DNA of 55,702 nt from the NCBI GenBank assembly GCA_001775095.1, contig MFCA01000002.1:1-55702 (forward strand), read 5' to 3'. The notes under the pieces are model-generated. The model saw only the letters and a list, made by a program, of their open reading frames with translations. It ran no database searches and was not told where the DNA came from. Of the stretch, positions 1 through 6,791 are shown one piece after another. Source of the DNA: Candidatus Curtissbacteria bacterium RIFOXYA1_FULL_41_14. GTDB lineage: Bacteria > Patescibacteriota > Microgenomatia > Curtissbacterales > GWA2-41-24. The position numbers and the translations under genes were made by a program. How positions within the stretch are numbered: the first letter of the stretch is position 1; every line of letters begins with the position of its first letter.

Positions 1-432
1 AGAACTCATGGCAAAAATCTTAAAATCAATATCGTCAAACCCAATCAAGGCTTTTTGATTGATAATGTAAAAGCCGAATATTTTCCGGTTATCCACGGAA
101 AAACCCCGACGTACGGGGTCAAAATAAAAGATAATAAGATTCTCGCTTATATCCCGGACCTAAACAGAATTTTACCCTCCAGTCAAAAAATCATCCGTGA
201 CTGCCACATCCTTATCATCGATGGTTCATCACTAAACCAGGTTGGCCAGGCAAGAGGTCATATCTCAATTGTCGATGGAATAAAACTCGCTAAAAACCTA
301 AAAGCCCGAAAAACTTACTTTGTCCATATTGGCCACAAAACTAGCACTCATCAACTTTTAGAAAAATATCTTGCCGAAAACGCCGGTCCAAATTTCCACA
401 TTGCCTATGACGGCTTAGAGCTGGAAATCTAA
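1..432 (+). CDS. MBL-fold metallo-hydrolase (PhnP-like), C-terminal part; 5' end outside window
   Basis: Frame 1 is open from base 1, so the TTG at 55 is probably internal. The tail ...YFVHIGHKTSTHQLL...HIAYDGLELEI resembles MBL-fold hydrolase C-termini. Confidence 0.45.
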   Translation, partial: RTHGKNLKINIVKPNQGFLIDNVKAEYFPVIHGKTPTYGVKIKDNKILAYIPDLNRILPSSQKIIRDCHILIIDGSSLNQVGQARGHISIVDGIKLAKNLKARKTYFVHIGHKTSTHQLLEKYLAENAGPNFHIAYDGLELEI

Positions 433-450
433 AGTGCTAAAATTAGATTA

Positions 451-1260
451 ATGCCCACCATTCGAAAAATCCTCATTGTACTTGCAGTTATTCTAATTTT
501 TCAATTTTCAATTTTCAATTTTCAATTTTCAATTGCTATCACTCCGCTTGACCAGGCACAAGAGGACTATACTTTTCAGTTCACTAAATACCGTGAAGAG
601 CAAAGTAAATATATCACCGCCCGTTCAAGCTATTTGACTTTTAATACTGCCGTTTCTAAAAGTGAAGCTTTCCTGGCAACAAAAGATTACCTTGGCCAAA
701 TTGATAATCTTTATACCTCCTATATTCTTCTGGTTAACGAACACGCCAACAGTCTAAACTGGACAAACAGCACCCTTCCTAAAGATCTTGTTAGTAAAAT
801 CGCGGGCGAGCAAACCTCCTATCTTAAAGATCATCAAGAAAAAGTCTCTCAATCAACAACTCTTGAAGAACTGCCAGTATTGGCTGCGGAATTGAAAAAA
901 TATGTCGATACCAATCTCGCTGAAAAAATCAATAAAACTTTGGCAATTCTCGAAATCGTTGAAACCGAGTCGGCACTTTCTGATTTTAACGAGCTAACCG
1001 CCATTCTAGACCAGGCAATGACTTCTAAAAATCAACCAGGCGCAAGTCAATCATTTTACGCCAACTGGACCTCCGAAATATCCGATATTCGGACTAAAGC
1101 GGAAGCTTTTAAAGATCAGGCCAAAGCTCAACTTGCCAAAACCGAGGAGGAGACCGCTTCAGAAAGGGAATTATCCTCCATTTCCTATTCCGCACAACAG
1201 GCTAAAAAAGAACTTCAGAGGTCAAAACCATTGTTTGAGGAGGTTATTAAGAGTCTATGA
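451..1260 (+). CDS. Secreted or membrane-anchored coiled-coil protein, function unknown
   Basis: N-terminal hydrophobic segment ILIVLAVILIFQFSIFNFQFSIA, then an Ala/Glu/Lys-rich sequence. Part of the signal region is encoded by a heptamer array. Confidence 0.55.
   Translation: MPTIRKILIVLAVILIFQFSIFNFQFSIAITPLDQAQEDYTFQFTKYREEQSKYITARSSYLTFNTAVSKSEAFLATKDYLGQIDNLYTSYILLVNEHANSLNWTNSTLPKDLVSKIAGEQTSYLKDHQEKVSQSTTLEELPVLAAELKKYVDTNLAEKINKTLAILEIVETESALSDFNELTAILDQAMTSKNQPGASQSFYANWTSEISDIRTKAEAFKDQAKAQLAKTEEETASERELSSISYSAQQAKKELQRSKPLFEEVIKSL
495..534. repeat. Heptanucleotide tandem array (aattttc, about 5.5 units) inside a CDS
   Basis: Read directly: aatttttc aattttc x4 aattg. Translated as FQFSIFNFQFS. 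Confidence 0.9.
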
Positions 1261-1664
1261 ATCAAGATGATATAAACCCCATGGAAGAAGAGATAGCTTC
1301 CGAAGAGGTTACAAACGAAGAAAACCAAAAACGTCCAGAGCCTAAATCTAAAGCTGGGATACCTAAGATGAGGCTTCATTTCACCCTCACCAAACCAAAA
1401 ATTATTACACTGGTCATACTTTTTATGATAATACTTGCAACTTATTTCGCTTTACTTTTACTTTCAGCGAATAAACCGGAAGAAAATCTTTCTTCCATAC
1501 CAACAAATACAACTACCTATAGCCCTAAACCTTTAGTTGATCCCGAAACGGCCGCTCTTATTAATAAAGTAGAAACCTATAATAAGAAATTGGATACTCT
1601 GAATAATTACCCGAAAAAATTGGCCCCGCCCTCCGTCCAACTTGATATTAGCTTTGAAAAGTAA
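1257..1664 (+). CDS. Single-pass membrane protein, function unknown
   Basis: ATGA overlap with the upstream ORF. One TM segment (IITLVILFMIILATYFALLLL). Confidence 0.5.
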   Translation: MNQDDINPMEEEIASEEVTNEENQKRPEPKSKAGIPKMRLHFTLTKPKIITLVILFMIILATYFALLLLSANKPEENLSSIPTNTTTYSPKPLVDPETAALINKVETYNKKLDTLNNYPKKLAPPSVQLDISFEK

Positions 1665-1677
1665 TAAAATACGCGTG

Positions 1678-2277
1678 ATGAAACCATCACAAATAGTAAA
1701 AAATGTTGCGCAATCAGCTTTTGAGCCGTGGGAAACACTTAATTCGCAAATAACAAGGCCTATAATAGAGGAGACCGCTCGTGAGCTGGGATTTGGCGGA
1801 TCAAAGACATCAGGAGCAAAAAGAACAATTGCACAGGAAGAACTTCAACGAGCTAGAGAGAAGCGAAAGCTTGAAGAAGAAGATAGTCAAGATAAAGGGC
1901 AATCTTCTGAAAAAGCCAGCGCCTTAATTTCCCAAATTCAAAGTGAATATCAAATCTTTGAAGCAAGAACTAATAACCAGCAGGGCCCCAAAAAAGAATT
2001 TGTCGAACTTCAAGAAGAGATAGCTAAGCTTTCCAAGACAGCCGGAGTTGAAACAAAAGCTCATCTTGAGACAATTCCCAAAAAAGTAGGAGTTCTAGAT
2101 ATTAAGAGATTAACTTCAATTGTCAGATATTTAAGAATAAAGGTTGAGGAATCCAAAAGCGCAAAAGAGCTAGTTTCTCAAAGAGCCAATGCTAAACGAA
2201 CAACCGGTATGCTTGCCTGGGTTAGCGGCAAGCAAATGAAGGTCCACGAACAAGGCACACTCCAGCTTCAGGGGTAA
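1678..2277 (+). CDS. Hypothetical protein (charged, coiled-coil-like)
   Basis: ORF-track frame. The first ATG after the upstream stop (1664) is at 1678; the TTG at 1642 overlaps the previous gene. Confidence 0.45.
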   Translation: MKPSQIVKNVAQSAFEPWETLNSQITRPIIEETARELGFGGSKTSGAKRTIAQEELQRAREKRKLEEEDSQDKGQSSEKASALISQIQSEYQIFEARTNNQQGPKKEFVELQEEIAKLSKTAGVETKAHLETIPKKVGVLDIKRLTSIVRYLRIKVEESKSAKELVSQRANAKRTTGMLAWVSGKQMKVHEQGTLQLQG

Positions 2278-2311
2278 TTCTCAATTTTCAATTCTCAATT
2301 TTCAATTTCTA
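2277..2311. repeat. Heptanucleotide tandem array (attctca/attttca, 5 units)
   Basis: Read directly, immediately after the stop codon at 2275-2277. Confidence 0.9.
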
Positions 2312-2314
2312 CTG

Positions 2315-2388
2315 TGGGCTCAAGAGGACTCGAACCTCTGGCCTCCACGATGTCAACGTGACGCTCTAACCAACTGAGCTATGAGCCC
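2315..2388 (-). tRNA. tRNA-Val (anticodon GAC)
   Basis: The reverse complement folds as a 74-nt cloverleaf: GGGCTCA TA GCTC AGTTGGTTA GAGC G TCACG TTGACAT CGTGG AGGCC AGAGG TTCGAGT CCTCT TGAGCCC A. CCA is not encoded. Confidence 0.92.
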
Positions 2389-2403
2389 GCTCCAGTAGAA
2401 TAG

Positions 2404-2432
2404 ATTTTACATAAAACCTCCTCTATATTCAA
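2404..2432 (-). promoter_or_regulatory. Putative sigma70-type promoter of tRNA-Val
   Basis: Minus strand reads TTGAAT-17 nt-TAAAAT, ending about 15 nt before the tRNA 5' end. Confidence 0.4.
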
Positions 2433-2496
2433 ATCCTTATGTGTCTATCTGCATCACACCTGGTGTGATAGGAATAATAGGAACGGCAAACCACTC

Positions 2497-2769
2497 TTGC
2501 CAGAAACAAACATTTTCACTTACAATAAGTTTGTGGACGAGCAAAAAACTGTTGAAAAATATTATATTGAGGTAAGCCAATCCGGCCGACAGCGTTTTTT
2601 ACTTGGTCTCATAGGAGGACTTGGCTGGGGTATCGGCATCACTATAGGAACGTCTCTTCTTCTTCTACTAATAGGGTTTATTGTCTCAAAAATTGATTTT
2701 GTACCCGTTCTTGGAAATTTTTTAGCTCAAGTGATAGAATCCGCTCAAACTAACTTCAAGACAAGATGA
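2497..2769 (+). CDS. Small membrane protein, function unknown
   Basis: Two hydrophobic segments (FLLGLIGGLGWGIGITIGTSLLLLLIGFIV). ATGA overlap with thrS. Confidence 0.5.
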   Translation: MPETNIFTYNKFVDEQKTVEKYYIEVSQSGRQRFLLGLIGGLGWGIGITIGTSLLLLLIGFIVSKIDFVPVLGNFLAQVIESAQTNFKTR

Positions 2770-4073
2770 ATAAAACCAATCTTAAAGATCATCGCGAAAT
2801 TGGCCGCGATCTTGATCTATTTTCCTTCCACGAATATGCACCAGGCGCGGTTTTCTGGCATCATAAAGGCTGGATAATTTATCGGATTTTAGAAGAATTT
2901 ATTCGAGAAAACGACCAGCAAGGTGATTATCAAGAAATCTCCACTCCGGTAATGGTTAAAAATCAATTATTCAAGGAGTCTGGTCATTGGGAACACTTTG
3001 GTGAACACAACATGTTCAATCTGGCAATTTACGAGGAAGAAGAGGAAAAAAGGTTCCTCGAGAATTCTAAACTAGCAGAAAAGGAAGGAAGGATAAAAGT
3101 GTACAAAATCGATGGTACTCCAATGATCTTCCCGCAAGCAAACTATTCTCTCAAACCAATGAACTGCCCAGAAGCAGCTCTAGTATTTCGATCTAAAACC
3201 AGAAGTTATCAGGACCTACCAATACGACTAAGTGAGTTTGGAATTTTACACAGAAGGGAACTTTCAGGTGTACTCGGTGGACTTCTGCGTGTTCGTCAGT
3301 TTGTAATTGATGACGCTCATCTTTTTGTCCGGCCTGACCAAATTCAAGGGGAGATTCATAAATTACTTCTTTTAGTTATCGAAGTCTACCAGTCTTTAGG
3401 TTTTAAACCTAAATTTTATCTGGCTACCAGACCCGATAAAGCAATGGGAGATGTTAAAACCTGGAAACTTGCCGAAGAAGACTTAGAAAGTGCGTTAAAA
3501 AAAGCTAAGGTCAACTTTAATCTTAAACCCAAGGACGGCGCTTTTTATGGACCAAAAATTGATATTCACATCAATGATTCACAAGATAGAGATTGGCAGC
3601 TGGCTACAATTCAACTTGATTTCCAAATTCCACAAAGAATGAGTCTTGACTTCGTTAATAATAAGGGAGAAAAAGAAAGACCTGTGATGATTCATCGAGG
3701 TATTTTTGGCTCGTTAGAGCGTTTTATAGGTATATTAACAGAACATTTCCAAGGCGCCTTCCCTGTCTGGCTTTCTCCAGTTCAGACAATCATCTTGCCA
3801 ATTTCCGGCAAATTTAAAGATTATGCAAATAAAATTTACCGTGACCTAAAATCAAGCGGTATAAGAGTAGAACTTAACGAGAGGAATGAGACGTTACAAG
3901 CAAAAATCAGAGATGCAACCTTGCAAAAAATTCCCTATCTTCTAATTGTCGGTGAGAAAGAAGAGTCATCAGGCAAAATCGCTGTTAGAACTCGTGGGAG
4001 TCAAGACCTTGGTCAAATGACTATAGAAAAGTTTGCAGACAAAATTCACAAAGATATTGATAACAAATTATAA
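2766..4073 (+). CDS. thrS: Threonyl-tRNA synthetase, catalytic core plus anticodon-binding domain only
   Basis: Starts at DHREIGRDLDLFSF..APGAVFWHHKGW, equivalent to about residue 240 of E. coli ThrRS. Class II motifs present: KPMNCP, YQDLPIRLSEFG..HR.E.SG, RVRQF..DDAH.F. No TGS or editing domains. Confidence 0.92.
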   Translation: MNKTNLKDHREIGRDLDLFSFHEYAPGAVFWHHKGWIIYRILEEFIRENDQQGDYQEISTPVMVKNQLFKESGHWEHFGEHNMFNLAIYEEEEEKRFLENSKLAEKEGRIKVYKIDGTPMIFPQANYSLKPMNCPEAALVFRSKTRSYQDLPIRLSEFGILHRRELSGVLGGLLRVRQFVIDDAHLFVRPDQIQGEIHKLLLLVIEVYQSLGFKPKFYLATRPDKAMGDVKTWKLAEEDLESALKKAKVNFNLKPKDGAFYGPKIDIHINDSQDRDWQLATIQLDFQIPQRMSLDFVNNKGEKERPVMIHRGIFGSLERFIGILTEHFQGAFPVWLSPVQTIILPISGKFKDYANKIYRDLKSSGIRVELNERNETLQAKIRDATLQKIPYLLIVGEKEESSGKIAVRTRGSQDLGQMTIEKFADKIHKDIDNKL

Positions 4074-4635
4074 AAGTGATAATATCGCGGAGAAAATCCC
4101 AAGGAGGTCAAAAGTAAAGAAACTCTATAAATTAAATCATCAAATCTCAGCCAAAGAGCTAAGAGTTATCGACGAGGAAGGTAAGCAAATAGGAATTTTA
4201 TCACTTTCAGAAGCTTTGAAAAAAGCTCAATCGGCAGAAGCTGATCTTGTAGAAATTGCACCGGATGCTCAGCCTCCAGTTGCAAAAATAATTGATTTTA
4301 AAAAATTTAGATATTTAGAGGAGAAAAAGCAAAAAGAGGCCAGAAAACATACTAAACAAACGGAACTAAAAGAAGTCAGGTTTTCCCCTTTTATCGGAGA
4401 GCATGACTTGCAGACAGCACTTGAAAAAGTCAAGAAGTTTATAGCTGAAGGACATCTTGTAAAAATATCTGTAATTTTTAAGGGAAGACAAATGGCCCAT
4501 ACAGAATTCGGGCCTAAACTTCTAGATAGAATAATGACGGATCTTTCGCAAATCGCGCAGTCGGAAAGAGAAGCAAGATTTGAAGGACGCAGATTTGTTA
4601 CAATAATCAGGCCAGTTAAGGGAGCCAGTAGTTAG
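4033..4635 (+). CDS. infC: Translation initiation factor IF-3 (true start uncertain, probably non-canonical near 4111-4146)
   Basis: KLNHQISAKELRVIDEEGKQIGILSLSEAL...DLVEI..DAQPPVAKIIDFKKF aligns with IF-3. AAGGAGG sits at 4101-4107, downstream of the thrS stop. Confidence 0.9.
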   Translation: MQTKFTKILITNYKSDNIAEKIPRRSKVKKLYKLNHQISAKELRVIDEEGKQIGILSLSEALKKAQSAEADLVEIAPDAQPPVAKIIDFKKFRYLEEKKQKEARKHTKQTELKEVRFSPFIGEHDLQTALEKVKKFIAEGHLVKISVIFKGRQMAHTEFGPKLLDRIMTDLSQIAQSEREARFEGRRFVTIIRPVKGASS

Positions 4636-4637
4636 GC

Positions 4638-4700
4638 AGATCGATAGTTCGATAGAAAATAATTACTACCCAACTATCAAACTACCGAACTACCCAACTA
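4638..4700. repeat. Imperfect palindrome with heptamer-like arms (gatagtt / ctaccga)
   Basis: gatcgatagttcgatag ... ctatcaaactaccgaactacc; the arms are reverse-complementary. Confidence 0.6.
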
Positions 4701-4708
4701 ATTTAAAT

Positions 4709-4903
4709 ATGAAACAAAAAACCAAAAAGGCGGCAGCCAAAAGATTTAAAATTACGCCAAAAGGAAAAATTTTAAGAGGACGCCAAATGGCAGGCCATCT
4801 TAAGATGGCGAAAACAAAAAGTGCCAAAACACGGTATAAGAGGAAGGCCTTTGTCTCTAAACCTGAGAAGAGAAGGATAGAAAGGCTAATGCCGTATAAT
4901 TAA
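4709..4903 (+). CDS. rpmI: Ribosomal protein L35
   Basis: 64-aa basic protein ...AAAKRFKITPKGKILRGRQMAGHL... with the usual position after infC. Confidence 0.93.
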   Translation: MKQKTKKAAAKRFKITPKGKILRGRQMAGHLKMAKTKSAKTRYKRKAFVSKPEKRRIERLMPYN

Positions 4904-4905
4904 AA

Positions 4906-5130
4906 ATCCTAAACTCTAAATTCTAAATCCTAAATAAATCCAAATGAGGTAAAATACAAAATTCAAAACAGGAGGATAACTATATTGTTCGAGCCCTTCG
5001 TCGAAACTCAGGGCGAGAACTAAAACTTCTCACTTTGTTCGAAGACTAAAAGGGTTTTAACTGACTATCTTTCTTTTGAACATTTGAATTTTGAAATTGT
5101 TTAGAGTTTAGAATTTAGAATTTAGAATTT
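4906..5130. repeat. Composite nested palindrome: heptamer-type arms flanking a GC-richer core hairpin
   Basis: Left arm atcctaaactctaaattctaaatcc...caaaattcaaaaca. Right arm ttttgaacatttgaattttgaaattgtttagagtttagaatttagaatttagaattt. Core ttgttcgagccc...gggcgagaac recurs at 37925-38010 and 52862-52963. Confidence 0.8.
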
Positions 5131-5138
5131 CTTAAACA

Positions 5139-5480
5139 ATGAGAGTCAAACGCGGTGTAACAAGTCATAAAAGACATAAGAAACTTCTTGCTTCTGTCAA
5201 GGGCTATCGCGGCGGAAGGTCAAAACTTGTTAAAGAAGCCAAACAGGCTCAAATTCATGCCGGGGCTGATGCTTATCGCGGCCGCAAAGAGAAAAAACGT
5301 CAAATGAGAGGCCTCTGGATTACCCGAATAAACGGCGCGTTAAAACCTTACGATATTTCTTACAATCAATTCATAAATAAACTAAAGTCCAAAAAAATTG
5401 CTCTCGACCGCAAAATCCTCTCTCAAATCGCCATCGAAGACCCCAAAGCTTTCGAAAGCATCGTCAAAAAAATCATCTAG
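5139..5480 (+). CDS. rplT: Ribosomal protein L20
   Basis: MRVKRGVTSHKRHKKLL...GYRG matches the L20 N-terminus. Confidence 0.95.
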   Translation: MRVKRGVTSHKRHKKLLASVKGYRGGRSKLVKEAKQAQIHAGADAYRGRKEKKRQMRGLWITRINGALKPYDISYNQFINKLKSKKIALDRKILSQIAIEDPKAFESIVKKII

Positions 5481-5525
5481 TTGATCTAGTTGACAAAAAG
5501 ATTTTCAGCTGCTATAAATCCATCG

Positions 5526-5569
5526 CCTCTCGTTCTTAAAGCATTTATTTAAGTTCGAGAGGTTTTTTT
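5526..5569 (+). terminator. Intrinsic terminator after rplT
   Basis: cctctcg...(cttaaa/tttaag inner stem)...cgagagg followed by ttttttt. Confidence 0.7.
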
Positions 5570-5608
5570 ATCCAGCTCTGCTGGATCTACTCCAAACATA
5601 CAAACTGC

Positions 5609-5617
5609 TGATATAAT
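5609..5617 (+). promoter_or_regulatory. Extended -10 box (TGaTATAAT) 7 nt upstream of the pheS ATG
   Basis: ctgcTGaTATAAT tcatttc ATG. No SD and no room for a leader. Looks like a remnant end of the TATATCAG/CTGATATA repeat family. Confidence 0.45.
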
Positions 5618-5624
5618 TCATTTC

Positions 5625-6647
5625 ATGGACAAAGAATTAAAAGAATTATTGACCCATGCCCGCGCAAGAATCGGCTCTGTCAATACCACCAAAGATCTCG
5701 ATCAGGTCTACATTGAAATCTTTGGCAAAAGCGGCGAGTTCACAACTCTTACCAAACAACTTGGACAAGTTCCTAAATCAAAAAGACCAAAAATCGGTCA
5801 GCTTCTCAATGAAGCAAAAAAGGAAATAGAGCAACATCTTGAAAAAAAGCGTTCAGCGTTAAGCGCTGGGCGTTCAGCAACTCCTATTGATATTACAGCC
5901 CCCGGCGAAAAGACCAAAATCGGCCACCTTCATCTCGTTTCCCAGGCAATCGAAGAAATCGTCTCCATTTTTAAACAGCTTGGGTTCTCACTTCAAAGTT
6001 ACCCGGAAGTCGAATGGGACTGGTATGCCTTTGAAACTTTAAATATGCCCAAGAACCATCCTGCCAGAGACGATTGGGAAACATTTTTTATAAAATCCAA
6101 ACCTCATCCTAATTTAGGAAATCAAGTATTGACCCCGCACACCTCAAACGGCCAGGTTAGAGAAATGCTAAGAGTCAAAACACCTCCAATTAGAATGCTC
6201 AACATTGCCCGTTGCTACCGAAGACAAATTGATATTTCACATACGCCAATGTTTCATCAATTTGAAGGCCTTTTGGTTGACAAAAATGTTTCGATTCCGG
6301 ATCTTAAGGGTACTTTTGATTATTTCACCACCAGATTCTTTGGTCCCGAACGAGTTACCAGATTAAGACAACATCATTTCCGTTTCACCGAACCATCATT
6401 TGAAGTTGACGTCACTTGTGGGGTTTGTATGGGACGTGGCTGCCGATTCTGCAAATCCGGCTGGGTGGAACTTGGAGGATCCGGTATGGTGCATCCGAGA
6501 GTCCTAAGAGCAGGCAAAATCGACCCTGAAGTCTATAGCGGTTTTGCTTTTGGCTGGGGAATCGAAAGAACAATTGCTATGAAAACCAACATAGGCGACA
6601 TCAGACTTTTGTACCAAAATGATATTAGGTTCTTAGAACAGTTCTGA
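5625..6647 (+). CDS. pheS: Phenylalanyl-tRNA synthetase alpha subunit
   Basis: HPARD..(D)TFF, class II motifs FRFTEPS.E.D, GFAFG.G.ER. pheT follows. Confidence 0.95.
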   Translation: MDKELKELLTHARARIGSVNTTKDLDQVYIEIFGKSGEFTTLTKQLGQVPKSKRPKIGQLLNEAKKEIEQHLEKKRSALSAGRSATPIDITAPGEKTKIGHLHLVSQAIEEIVSIFKQLGFSLQSYPEVEWDWYAFETLNMPKNHPARDDWETFFIKSKPHPNLGNQVLTPHTSNGQVREMLRVKTPPIRMLNIARCYRRQIDISHTPMFHQFEGLLVDKNVSIPDLKGTFDYFTTRFFGPERVTRLRQHHFRFTEPSFEVDVTCGVCMGRGCRFCKSGWVELGGSGMVHPRVLRAGKIDPEVYSGFAFGWGIERTIAMKTNIGDIRLLYQNDIRFLEQF

Positions 6648-6650
6648 GAT

Positions 6651-6784
6651 GAAAATTCGAAATACGAAGCACGAAATTCGAAACAAATTCCAATTTTCAA
6701 AATACAAATGTTCAAGACGTTTTGAATTTAGGTCATTTGAATTTAAGTATTGTTTAGGATTTAGAATTTAGGATTTCGGATTTA
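6651..6784. repeat. Long imperfect palindrome (aaattcgaaa-type arms, centre acgtttt); same family as the carB insertions
   Basis: gaaaattcgaaatacgaagcacgaaattcgaaacaa...caagacgttttgaatttaggtcatttgaattta...ggatttagaatttaggatttcggattt. The 5' half is near-identical to 47299-47390. Confidence 0.85.
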
Positions 6785-6791
6785 AAATATT

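Noticed and set aside
6645-6647. UGA recoding (genetic code 25 or 4), as in some candidate phyla
   Set aside because: TGA ends pheS, tyrS, rpmF and carA at the expected C-termini, and no conserved gene needs read-through of TGA. The standard code 11 fits.
6533-6715. 60-aa minus-strand ORF
   Set aside because: It runs antisense to the pheS 3' end and through the intergenic palindrome. The peptide is low-complexity, so it is most likely an artefact of the stop-poor repeat.
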